A stretch of DNA of 64,000 bases, from the NCBI RefSeq assembly GCF_006345805.1, contig NC_042997.1:183954001-184018000 (forward strand). Reading direction: 5' to 3'. The DNA comes from Octopus sinensis (lineage: Eukaryota). Positions 1 to 11,999 of the stretch are shown piece by piece (within the stretch, counting starts at the first letter, position 1; each line of letters starts with the position of its first letter). The position numbers and the translations under genes were made by a program. The notes beneath the pieces are model-generated. The model did not search any database and was not told where the DNA came from. It saw nothing but the letters and a program-made list of their open reading frames with translations.

Positions 1-100
1 ACATTATACTCATGAGCAAGAGTTGCCTGACTGAATTAACATCTTTACTCAGTAGACATCCATCTTCACAAGAGAACCATTCTTTGAATTCCTCTGGCAG
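1..100 (-). CDS. Coding exon of unidentified minus-strand gene (LPEEFKEWFSCEDGCLLSKDVNSVRQLLLMSIM...)
   Basis: Acceptor ctttctgcag at 110-101 (minus); open frame to the window edge; phase 0 matches the donor of exon 1023-1153. Confidence 0.55.
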   Translation of the reverse strand, partial: MPEEFKEWFSCEDGCLLSKDVNSVRQLLLMSIM

Positions 101-282
101 CTGCAGAAAGCACAAATTTTAATATCACATTATAGTAGATTCCATTCAATTAAATTTGAATCATTAAGCTATACTGGACTCTTGAACTTTTACATCGCTA
201 TATAAGATTAAACCAGTGAAGCTTGGATGTTAATATCCCTTTTATGAGGTAACTGTATACTCAAAATAGCTAATACATATAT

Positions 283-745
283 CATCATCATTTAATGTCC
301 GTTTTCCATGCTAACATGGGTTGGATGGTTTGACCGGGGTCTGGGAAGCCAAGAGGCTGCACCAGGCTCCAGTCTGATCTGGCAGTGTTTCTACAGCTGG
401 ATGCCCTTCCTAATGCCAACCACTCCATGAGTGTAGTGGGTGCTTTTTACATGCCACCGGCACAGGGTCCAGAGGAGACTGGCAATGGCCACAATCGGTT
501 GGTGCTTTTTATATGCCACAAGCACGGACACCAATCAAACTGGCGCTGGCATTGGCCACATTCGGATGGTGCTTTTTATGTGCCACCGGCATGGGTATCA
601 CAATTACAATTTCCATTTGATTTTTATTTTGATGTTGATGTACTTGACTCAATAGGTCTCCTCAAGCACAGCAGGTTGCCCAATGATCCAAGGTAAGCAC
701 AGCAGGTCGTTCTGCGAGCCATGGACTCACTTCATTTGTCGGGTC
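283..745 (-). mobile_element. 5'-truncated RTE LINE 3' end
   Basis: Matches the 3' UTR terminus of the RTE at 36598-40692; (GAT)n tail on minus. Confidence 0.8.
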
Positions 746-1022
746 GTTATCATGCATACACACATTATCATTTACTTTTAACTCATACTTCAACGTACAC
801 ATACTGACCATGCTTTAATAAAAATAGTTTTCTGTGGAGTCAATGTTTATTGTAAGAGCCCTTTATGAAATTTTAAGTTTTTCTCATCTTATACACAAAG
901 TTATTATTACAACATATCAGGTATACCTGAAGTCTAATATATTTTTAAGGAGTTAAACCCTTGATTGCTAATTTAACAAGAAGAAATGAATCTGTTAAAA
1001 ATAATGAATGTAGGTGTAATAC

Positions 1023-1153
1023 CTGCTTTAAGTCATGGTTTATTGCTGCATTTATGATTTGTTTCACATGAATTTTCTGTTCATTAAACATGAGTGAAAG
1101 CGCTCTATAGAGAGTGCTAACTTCTTTGTTGAGTTTTTCATTAAAATATTTAC
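1023..1153 (-). CDS. Internal coding exon of unidentified minus-strand gene (KYFNEKLNKEVSTLYRALSLMFNEQKIHVKQIINAAINHDLKQ)
   Basis: ttttgtttcag acceptor, CAG|gtatta donor, 131 nt, phase 1 to 0, open frame. Confidence 0.55.
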
Positions 1154-1896
1154 CTGAAACAAAATATTTCACATGAGAGAAAAAGTATGTTTTACTTTCA
1201 AGTCAATAATATATTAATCATCAACAGCAATATAAACATTATTTTAATATTCATAATTCTCTTAAGCTGGCAGAATCTAAATGCTGAGTAAAATGCTTAG
1301 TGGTATTTCATCCTTCTTTACATTCTCATTTCAAATTCCACTGAGGCTGACTTTGCCTTTTATCTTTTCAGGGTCAATAAAATAGGTACTATTTGAATAC
1401 TGGGGATGATGTAACTGACTTATCACCTCCCCCAAAATTGCTGGCCTTGTGCCAAAATTTGAAACCAATATTCATCGTTCTCCATGCTTGGGTTTGATAA
1501 ATCTGTAATATTGCATTGCTTCTTTCTTTTTGATCTTGCATCATCTCATGTAGATTAATCTAATCATTCATCTCACGTCTTTCTTTGTCTGTCTTCCCCA
1601 CAGATACATTTCCCCATCTACTTGCAGTATCATTTCACTCAATATGCTTCATTCTCATTAAATTAGACATTACTAAATGTATCTGATTTCCAACCCCCTT
1701 CCTCAACCATCTTGTAATCTATCTTTCTCATAAATCTGTTGTATATCCAAAGGACCATACTCTATTTATTTCTCTTCGGTTGCTGCAGCTCTTATTTTAC
1801 TTCCATACATTATCACACATCTCAGATACTCTTTCTTTTGCCTATATCTGCTTCCCTAAGTATTTATATCATCTAAAAAACAGAAATATTACTTGA

Positions 1897-2118
1897 GCGT
1901 GGCCGTTGCCAGTACCGCCTGACTGGCCCTCGTGCCGGTGGCACTTAAAAGCATCCACTACACCCTTGGAGTGGTTGGCATTAGGAAGGGCATCCAGCTG
2001 TAGAAACTCTGCCAGATCAAGATTGAAGCCTGGTGCAGCCATCTGGTTCACCAGTCCTCAGTCAAATCGTCCAACCCATGCTAGCATGGAAAGCAGACAT
2101 TAAACGATGATGATGATG
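1897..2118 (+). mobile_element. RTE LINE 3'-end fragment
   Basis: ttaggaagggcatccagctgtagaaac ... taaacgatgatgatgat tail. Confidence 0.8.
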
Positions 2119-3964
2119 AAAGAGATATGCAAGTATTCATGAAATAGTTTTCAGTTCACAGCTATTGAAGTTACAACTACTACAGAGCATCTGCTGTATC
2201 CAAAGTACAGGACCCCTGTTAGTCTTCCAGAGATTCCAATATCCCCTATGTGTACTCATTGTATGAATTACATTATACTGACTTCCTACCTATCCCTTTC
2301 TATACTCTGATGAAAGTTACATCTAAGGTGTTACTTACAAACACTTTTTTTTGTTGATTTTCACTCAAACTCTTGCACTGAAAATCAGCATACAAAAGTT
2401 TTTATGGCTACCCAGTCTCAAACTTAAGTGAGATTGCCTGAAGGATTATAATGAGAGAAACAAACTGAGGCAGAGTGCTGGTTGATATCTACATGCCACT
2501 GAACTAGCTGGCTGAGCTGACAAACACTGAATCTTTAAGCATAGTTTGAACTTCTTTCTTAATCTATTCATCCACATCTAGTTTCATAACATCCACCAGA
2601 TTACTAACTATGATTAGGGACATGCTCATACTGTATTTTGTAGGTCATATGCTGTGTGTAAGAGAGAAGACTGCACTAGTTTGATCATGTAATGTGGATG
2701 GATGCCAACAGATCCATTAAAAAGTGCTGATCTCTCAAAGTAGATGTAACACGTGAAAGTGGGAGATCTGGGGAATCATGGAACAAAGTACTGAGAAGAC
2801 TTCAGGATGCTGAGGTGAGTTGACAAAGGACTGGGATTCTTGGCACCGTGCTGTACTCAAGAAGACCTGTGCACCACAGCAGAAATGTTAAGGCCGATCC
2901 CCCACTAGTGGAGAGGATTGCCCTGCAAGAGTCCTGTGCAAGTGCCACATAAAAGGACCCAGTACACTCTTAAGTGGTTGACATTAAGAAGGGCTCCAGC
3001 TGTAGAAACCATGCCAGATCAGACTGGAGTCTGGTACAGCTCTCCAGCTCTGGTAAAACCATCCAACCCATGCCAACATAGACAACGGACATTAAATGAT
3101 GATGAGATCTACTTAAAATATGGAATTTATAGTTGTATTAAGGCCTTTAAGAGAAACAGTAGAAACTTGTATATTAAATTGTTGTTGTTGTTGGCATCCT
3201 TTTGTCTCAGGAGATAATGGAGTTGTGCAGTCTGGTTTTACATTTCATGTCCTCTCCAGTTTTGCGCAGGCCTGGGCTAGATGTAAGAAAATCCTGGGTA
3301 GCCCAATTGTCAGGATTCCTCTCTCAACCTTGCTGACGTAGTCCAAAAGAGTGCAGAGCATTACATTTGGCACCAGCTTGGTTCCAGGAGCTGCCAGAAG
3401 AGTGTCGAGTTGAACACTAAACCGCCTACAGGGCTCCACTCCAGATTTCTTTGAAGGTTGTCTCCTTTCCATAACCCTGGATAGGGGCTCATACCAGGTA
3501 CTGTCAGCCGGAGCCAGCTGAGCCTGGGACTTATTAAATAAGTTGCTATAATCAAATGTTTTAATCTTTTTGCCATGGAAATTAGAAATATCCACTCAAT
3601 ATTTCTTTACCCTTAACTGCAGAAAGTAGTTTTGTATGCCAATCCATCTTTTGTTGAATAATGTAATGTTTAACCTATTTTTATGATGATATATATCACA
3701 TTTATCGAGGCAACATGACTTGCAGAAAATACCAGATCTATTTTTCTGGTAGATATTTAACATCATTACTAAAACAACCATGAAATGTATTTTCCCAGCT
3801 GAAAGGTTAAAACTGAAGGATTAACAAAAGTGAAGAGCCTATAATTTCAAGTATTTTATTGGCTGAATAGTAGGTGCAGTATGGCCAAATAGTTAGGTCG
3901 TGGTACTGGTTTTGATTTGGTTGTTGCATGGTATCTTCAAAAAAGGATCAAAAGTCCTTTTTGA

Positions 3965-4178
3965 GGCATAAGCTCATAAGGCCAGTTTCCCCAAACTCTG
4001 TGGTATATATGTTCCCTACTGGACGAGACCACAGTACATCACAAGATCACCAAGTGAGTGAACTGGAGCAACATGAAATGAAGTGTTTTGCTTAAGAATA
4101 CAATGCATTGCCTGGTCCAGGAATTGAAACCACAACCAAAGAGACGTGAATGCAACACCTGAACCATGAGGCCACATG
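3965..4178 (-). mobile_element. Degenerate tRNA-derived SINE (same family as 44572-44822)
   Basis: Shared ctggagcaacatgaaatgaagtgttttgct...caggaattgaaaccacaa. Confidence 0.6.
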
Positions 4179-4997
4179 TGATAATTTAGGCAAGTGTAAT
4201 TTTATAGAGGTTCAGGGTGACCCATATCTTATGAGTGGAAGTGGGTAGATTGAAACTGTAGAAGCCCATCAGATGGTTTGTCACTGTAATTTAAAGGTCC
4301 AGTCTTGTCACACAGAGTCACACTGATTTCATCTAAGAGTTAATTTAAGGGTTCATGTCTATGGAATATTCAAGCACTTATATGCTAATTCAGTGAGCCT
4401 GGTAGTTCAGAACAATTGAACACTCATGGTCAGAAATTCTGATCAAGATCAATTATTTTTATTGGTTGAATTATTCTAGCTTCACTTCAGAACTATTTCA
4501 GCATTTTTTACAGCAATTCTTTTTCCATTTTGCATAAATGGCTTATTAAAGCTAATATAGATTTAATTTCTGTCTTAATCAACATTGTTGTGGCCTTCAT
4601 CATTCAACTTCTGATATTTGAAACTCTATTGATGATGGAATTTTAATGCCATGAATATTATAAACATTATCATCATATGAGCAAACTCATAAAGAAAGCA
4701 TTCCATTCATGACCATTCTGTTCGTTTAAGGTTATCTACAAGCACATTATCCAATATGCCTTTTCCTTATCTAAAATGGTTAGGTGTAATTTTAAGGACA
4801 TTTGGCTGCGATTGCTTGAAGGGCAAATGACCATTATTTTATATTCTGTGGAATAGAAAGAAACAAAACTCAATAGTACAATGACATATATTTGACTAGT
4901 ACTATATTCTTACCGGTTACTATTATCATTAAAACAGTTTATTTATATTTGTTCGAGTTCGTAAAGCAGTTAAAATATATTTAAAACAAAATCTCAC

Positions 4998-5277
4998 CAA
5001 AATTATGAAGAAGCTTATCTGTCTCATCTTCTTCAGGTTCCAAAGGTGACGGTGAATGAGGAAAATAATGAGTGTCAACAGAGCCTTCACAAATACCAGC
5101 TTCTGAGAATGAAAAGGCACTGTCGAAATTCGAGTGAGGGGTCTCTAAATGACTATAAATTGAAGATGAAGAGACTTCATGATATACAGACTGGATGAAA
5201 TCTGACTGGTCATCATACATGGTTTCTTCAAATTTTTCTAAAAGACGAAAAGCAGCATTTGAAGACCACATTAACAT
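4998..5277 (-). CDS. Probable first coding exon of unidentified minus-strand gene (acidic, Ser-rich N-terminus)
   Basis: Non-repetitive 98-aa ORF containing a strong donor TTTG|gtgaga at 4997. Confidence 0.5.
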
Positions 5278-5481
5278 TATTACGGTGTTTGAAAACCAAA
5301 TACAATCAAAATAACGCCGCTGAAAAATGTGAATCTAAAAAAAACTCACTCCCTCATCCCCACCAAAAAAGCACATAAAAAGTAAAGGCAAAATAATGCA
5401 GAGAATATATACATCTTCAATTTTCACAATGATCATCTTGCAGATATAATTAATTAGCAAGCTAATACCAATGGCAATTAG

Positions 5482-5894
5482 GGATCTTTTCGGTTTGAAC
5501 GGCAGTTTTTTCTAGCGGCATCTTATGAAATTGTCACCCATAATTATGACCCTAGTATCGATCTATTGCATTTCAATCTGTTTTAGGGTTAGTTAGGAGT
5601 GGAGGGAAGGGTATCTTTTTTTCTTCAGAAAAGTAAATAAACCTAATCTGTTTCTTAAACGAGGGACATTTTCATAAGGCACAGAATGTTTCCACCTCAA
5701 TAGACGTCATTGATTGGTTGAAATTGCAGAAATTGAAGAAAAAAACAACAAATATCTTACAAACCATAGAATTTTCTCAATAAAGCCAAGAGAAAAAGAT
5801 GTTTTATAAACACATTCTACCAGTATACGAATTAAAAAATATTTTAGTTACCTAGAAATTATGTTAAAAACTGCCGTTCAAACCGAAAAGATCC
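5482..5894. mobile_element. MITE with 29-bp perfect TIRs (GGATCTTTTCGGTTTGAACGGCAGTTTTT)
   Basis: TIRs at 5482-5510 and 5866-5894; partial second copy at about 17283-17390. Confidence 0.85.
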
Positions 5895-6559
5895 AAAAGT
5901 GAATCCAAAAAAAAAATTCGCTCCTCCATCCCCACCAAAAAAGCACATAAAAAGTAAAGGCAAAATAATGCAGAGAATATATACGTCTTCATTTTTCGCA
6001 ATGATAATCTTGTAGACATAATTAATTAGCAAGGTAATACCAATGGCAATTAGTTCAACATGATAATCATATTTTTGTTATTTTCTTTCTGTAGCAGGCC
6101 CGACTTTCGACAGCAAAAAAAAGTCATACAGCGAGGTATTTGTGGACGAGGAAAAATGATGCGTCACATCTGATTTTTTGTTCAATATTATCAACTTTTT
6201 TCTCGCTATGTATAATTTAGTTTGGGCCAAATTTGACATCTCCAAGATAGTTGACAATTTTGTCAGTGAAAAGCATGACCGTTACACAATTTTTTAAAGA
6301 TAAAATCTTTTATTTTCATTTTATAACATAGGTTAAAACGCCTAACCATAACATATAAACGTGTACATCTTTTAGAACATTGTCGTTTTATAAGATTTTG
6401 CTGGCAAATTTCAAAATTAACATAAACATTTATTTACATGAAAGAAAATTACTGGAGAACTTCCATCTAATTCTTCCAAATCTTTCTGTTAAAACTATAT
6501 TGAAACTATTTGCGAGGACTTTTCTTTTTATCACAGCAACTGGCCAGACACCACAATGT

Positions 6560-7250
6560 TTAATGGAGCCTATTGAAGCAAGCAAGCACGCTCGCAGCAT
6601 TACCTCGATGGCAAGGCTTAAGACGTTGGGAAAGCCAAGCGCCCTTACGGGCATCACTAGACACCTCGGTGAGGCGAGCTGCCAAAGTCGACAAGAGCTT
6701 CGTTGTTAGTGGCCCTGTTACCCCGAAAATCTCAAACGCCACAAGTTGGAAGAGATAGTTCAGTCAGGTCCCAATACTTCAGGGTTTTCTTTCGTTCGGC
6801 TACGAAAGCAGTGACCCTCCCATGAACTGCAGCATCCAGGATGTGGGAAGATGCAAAGGAGTCGCAGACTGTGGCGTCCCAAATGAGGCACCTGCCTCTA
6901 ACCCAGGGACAGAGGGTAAGGCCATCTGGTCAAAGGCGGCGAGCTGGCAGAAACGTTAGCACGCTGGGCGAAATGCTTAGTGGTATTTCGTCTGCCGTTG
7001 TGTTCTGAGTTCAAATTCCGCCGAGGTTGACTTTGCCTTTCATCCTTTCGGGGTCGATTAAATAAGTACCAGTTACTCACTGGGGTCGATATAATCGACT
7101 TAATCCGTGTGTCTGACCTTGTTTGTCCCCTCTATGTTTAGCCCCTTGTGGGTAGTAAAGAAATAGGTAAGGCCATCTGGTCACACAATTTGATTGTCTA
7201 TTGAGTCTTGTCAGGAGTGTTCCACCGTAAGCAGAGTTTTTGCGCGAGTG
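6560..7250 (-). pseudogene. Relic of CRE-type non-LTR retrotransposon (restriction-like endonuclease C-terminus), split by a SINE
   Basis: Translates to (R)PDGLTLCPWVRGRCLIWDATVCDSFA..AERKKTLKY..AFEIFG..WLSQRL..RGNAASVL with stops and frameshifts. Confidence 0.7.
6933..7165 (+). mobile_element. Full-length tRNA-derived SINE (family B) with 18-bp TSD
   Basis: A box tggcagaaacgttag, B box gagttcaaattcc; TSD ggtaaggccatctggtca at 6915-6932 and 7166-7183. Confidence 0.92.
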
Positions 7251-7684
7251 GACACATTTTATAACTCGGAAAGGAAAAAAAAAATGTTCACAAGGTTTTC
7301 AACATGAAGTAATTTTTTTAATTGCAGAAATCTGAGTGATGGTTACTCTTATTGGATGCGCACAAACTTTACACAAACAGAATTTGCACATAGTACAAAT
7401 TTCTGCGTTTCCCCACAGCAAAATATGAGGGAATATTGCTTGAATGATAAACAAAAAGACAGTTGTAAAAACAACTATTTAGACCGAACATTTTGGTAGA
7501 AAATGAAATGGTAAATTACAACACAAAACTAGAACCTTGAGTGTAATGGTGAGATAAAAGGCATCCACGTCAAATAAAATTTGCTTGGTAACAAAACGTC
7601 GGTCAAAAATAAAGCATATTCATTATTTCTTAATCATAGTTTCTGAGACTATTTCGTTAATTTTTTCTTTTCAAATCAACCTCA

Positions 7685-8083
7685 GGCGATCTTTCGTCTC
7701 TAGTAGACCTTTCCGTCGATTTCCGTAAAATTTTTTTTTTTTTTACATATGGGCTTGCGGGAACTTTTGAAGTAATATACATACATATACACATATACCG
7801 AGTAAAAAATTTCAGTTATCTCTTTCTTTCACACACACTAACAAGCACTTCACTTACACAACATACTGTCTGTCTCCCACACCCCATCAAACACACACAC
7901 ACATGTACATCAATGCTTCCCCTGGACGGTAACTTCAAAAGAACTTCCCTCGTCATACAATCGCTTTCTCTTAGTCTCTTTCGCTCTCATTACTTCAAAA
8001 GTTCCCGCAAGCCCATATGTAAAAAAAAATAAAATTTTTTTACGGAAATCGACGGAAAGGTCTACTAGAGACGAAAAATTGCC
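7685..8083. mobile_element. MITE with about 90-bp TIRs and 8-bp TSD (Merlin-like)
   Basis: TIRs start GGC(G/A)AT; TSD CAACCTCA at 7677-7684 and 8084-8091. Confidence 0.85.
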
Positions 8084-8453
8084 CAACCTCATTTTCTTTA
8101 TTCCCCATTTTCATACAGGTCATATTAATTGTTAGAAATCGATAATTAGTTGATAGTTATTTTGTTTTCTCGTATGCGCAGTAAACAGAATGTGTTTACA
8201 GATATAATGCTTAGATATTTTATTTCAAACCTGCAAACCGAATGTGTTTATAGACATAATGCCTTTAGGTTTCACATCTGTAAACAGAAAAGTGTATTTA
8301 GATATAACGCCTACATATTTTAAATCTATAAACAGATATATAAAGCCATCATTTTTTATTTTAAATCTATAAACAGAAGGTTGTTTTGATATAAACCTAC
8401 ATATTTTAAATCTATAAACAGATAAATGTTCATAGAAACACCTACATGTTTAA

Positions 8454-9549
8454 CTGTAAATCCTCGAGTATAATACGCAGGGGATTTTTAGGGAGCTGTA
8501 CCTCTGAAAAACCTAAACCTTGTGTATAATACGCACCCCTTCTCGAACTTGAGACCAGGAGGTCTATATAATGTCCTTGGTTTGTAAAAATGTATACAGT
8601 AACGTCCTTTATTATTATTGTATATATAGCATAATGCAAACGTGTAGCTTTTTTGTGCATTTTGTTTGCAGAAAATAAAGAAATAACAGTGATAAAAGAA
8701 ATAAGAGGGCGAAGTTTCGCCATTTCATTGAATCTTTTCAGAGGCAGGTTGCTTGGAAAAGATTTGCTTTTAAAATGTTTAAAATAAAACACTTGTGCGT
8801 TATGACTATAAACACTTTCTTCTGTTTATATATTTAAAACATAAGTGTTACTTGAACTTATTCTTCTGTCTATGGGTTTAAAATAAAATATACAGGCATT
8901 ATATCGATAAACATTTCTGTTTAAAAATTTAAAATAAAACATGTAGGTGTTTCTATGAACATTTATCTGTTTATAGATTTAAATTATGTAGGCTTATATC
9001 AAAACAATCTTCTGCTTATAGATTTAAATGTCTTTATTTTGCCGTTAACCAAGTCAGTGCTAGGACATGAAATTTGCTGAAGAAATATTAGAAGAAACAT
9101 TTGTTAAGTCGACTCATTGTTAACGAAAACAAATAGAATGAAATAATGTAAAGTGAAGGAAATGATTGAGAAAGATTTTGTTTGAGATTACATATTGGTT
9201 GAATGGTAGAAGTACACCAATTCCAAAGAGAAGAGCAGGAACTTTGTTGACAGAGGCAGCTAATCCTGAAAGCAATTAAGTCCTAAAAGAATCATCCATA
9301 ACTTGCAGTAAGCAACATTTATTAAACGTTATTGCTGTTATTACTAAATTGCTTTCAGGTTTAGCTTAAGGTATTTTCGCGCTCGACATCATAAAATTCG
9401 TCTGAATAAACATAGTCAGACTGCAAATAAAGACTCGGACATTGCTTAGGAAATAATTTTCATTTTTAACCTCGTATATAGTACGCACTAGGGATTTTGA
9501 CCTTTAAATTTTTTGGGGAAAAATGCGGATTATACTCAAGGATTTACGA
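8454..9549. mobile_element. pogo/Tigger-like non-autonomous DNA transposon carrying inverted flanking DNA
   Basis: TIRs ctgtaaatcctcgagtataatacgca / tgcggattatactcaaggatttacga; TA at the right junction. Confidence 0.75.
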
Positions 9550-10409
9550 TATTTAAAATTCTTAAACAGAAGTGTTTATCGATATAATGCCTGTATATTT
9601 TATTTTAAACCCATAGACAGAAGAATAAATTCAAATAACACATGTTTTAAATCTATAAACAGAAGAAAGTGTTTATAGTCATAACGCACAAGTGTTTTAT
9701 TTTAAACATTTTAAAAGCAAATCTTTTCCAAGCAACCTGCCTCTGAAAAGATTCAATGAAATGGTTTCTTATAGCCTTCTATAAAGTCAACAAAGTTCCT
9801 GCTCTTCTCTTTGGAATTGGTGTTTGCCAAAGGTAGTAACAACTAGGTTCATACGGTTCTAGACTCAAACAAAATCTTTCTCAATCATTTCCCTCACTTT
9901 ATTTCATTATTTCACTCTATTTGTTTTCGTTAACAATGAGTCGAGTTTACAAATGTTTCTTCTAATATTTCTTCAGCAAATTTCATGTCCTAGCACTGAC
10001 TTGGTTAACGGGAAAATAAAGACATTTAATTAAACATTTAGTCATGAAATCTTTTTCTCCCAGCAAAATTGATGTTTCTCTAATTAGTTTAACAAAAGAC
10101 GGTTAAAAAGAAAAAGAGAAATAGAAACCCGAAGGATTAATCAATTTCAAATTCCATGTTTCTTCGTTTTACTTCTTTTAAAGACGTTTAATGGCAATAC
10201 AAGGTGGTTTATACGGGGAATATTTTCATTAAAATTGTTAGCAAACATGGAAAGGAACGGAATAGAAAATATAATGACTTAAATAATATTCACCAACTGG
10301 CTGACTAAAATAGTTTGAAGTCTTCACAGTCCCGAAACAAAAATATTACCAAGCAGAGTGAAAATGCAGTTAAATGTGTGTGCACGCGCGTATTTATGTA
10401 TTAGAGTAA

Positions 10410-10590
10410 GTATGTGTATGTCTTCGTGTGTGTGCGTGCGTGTGTTTGTGTGTGTGTGTGTGTATGTGTGTGCGTGCGTGTGTGTGTGTGTATGTGCGTG
10501 CGTCTGTTTGTGTGTGTGTGTGTGTGATTGATACAGATATATCTCTTACATAAAATCCGTTCTGTCTGTGTGTGTGTGTGTGGGGGGGGG
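10410..10590. repeat. (TG)n/(TGCG)n compound microsatellite
   Basis: Visible directly. Confidence 0.95.
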
Positions 10591-11040
10591 GTTCTAGGAT
10601 CTCTAGGATCTCGGGCATCCTTCATCCAATTGCGCTCAAATTTGATATGCAGATACAAACCCCTGCCCGGATACAAGGCGTGTATAAGTCTTGAAAAAAT
10701 TACAAAAATCGATTCCAGGTGAGAATGCAATCGATAAAGCTGCGGGAAATCGTTTTTATTTTTAATAGAAAAAAAGTCTATCTTTATTTCTTCTGTTGCT
10801 GGTGTCACAAATTTAGGTTAAATCAGTGTTTTTCAAAGGGGAGGCCCATGGGACGGTCGGACAAGTTGTTTTGAGAAAATTTGGTTTAAATGTTTGACAA
10901 CTCAGCACCATCCATTGGATGGGGCGCATTTTGCTCGTAATGATATAAATATATATCTGTATTAACTATTACCTATAAGGTTTTTATTACATGCTGGCCA
11001 CTTCTTAAGATCGTTATTTTAAATAATGGTCTTATCCTTT

Positions 11041-11090
<50 letters not shown>

Positions 11091-11352
11091 ATAGAAATGG
11101 CAAGACAACAAAAGAATGAAAGAGACCTCGATATTATGTAAATAGAAGAATCTATCTGTAAATATTAATATGGGAAAGACTTCCGCTTGTCCCCCACCCA
11201 TTTTCTCCAAAATTTGTTTCTTTTTGTAATTTTTTTTTGTCAAAAATTCCCCATTTTCGGATACGGAGGTCCCGGAAAGTTGCCAAAAATTGGCATTGTA
11301 AAATCCTCCCCTTCCCCCCCAACTTCTTCAATTTTGACTTTTTCCCCAACAC

Positions 11353-11395
11353 TAACCCTAAAACCCTAACCCTAACCCTAAAACCGTAACCGTAA
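11353..11395 (-). repeat. Short interstitial telomere-like (TTAGGG)n tract
   Basis: taaccctaaaaccctaaccctaaccctaaaaccgtaaccgtaa. Confidence 0.7.
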
Positions 11396-11999
11396 GTACA
11401 GAAATGTTTTGAAATTTTTGTCCGAATCATGATGTCCATATTTTCCCGCATATTTAGAAAAAAAAATCCCCAAAAAATTCTTAAGAAAAATTTTACAAAG
11501 ATTTTTGGAAATTTTTTTCAGAATCATAATCTCCGTATTTTGGAAAAAAGATTGAGGAAATAGTTTAAAATGAAGGAAATGGTGGTGGTGGGGGTGGTAA
11601 TTTAGAAATGTCGATTTTTGCCAATTATTTTTGCAGATTCGTATTCCCCGTAGCCGAAAAGGATGGGTTTGTGTCGAAAAAAAAAAAAAATTAAAGGGTG
11701 TTTTTATGGGGGGTGGGGCAAGTCTTGACAATCTCTTCAGTTATCGGGCCATCAAAAAAAATGCGAGATTTTCATAGTAGAAAACACTTGCCCAAGGTGC
11801 CACGCAGTGGGACTGAACCCGGACCCATGTGGTTGGTAAGCAAGCTACTTTATTTCATAAAACTTTTCCACAAAGGCATTACAGAGAGGAGACAAACAAG
11901 GACAGACAAACATAAAAATGGTGAAGTAGCTTTTACGAATGAATTGAAATTATCATGAACATTTTTTTTTTAATTTATAAAAATAATGATAGACATTGT

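Noticed and set aside
385-696. Recurrent small ORFs (FLQLDALPNANHS...)
   Set aside because: Antisense translations of the RTE 3' UTR, found in many copies
2300-2345. Hammerhead (ctgatga aagt..actt)
   Set aside because: GAAA core absent and no stem I
3596-3798. Exon in the annotated 61-aa frame (good acceptor at 3799)
   Set aside because: Ends in phase 0, incompatible with exon 1153; not resolvable without transcripts
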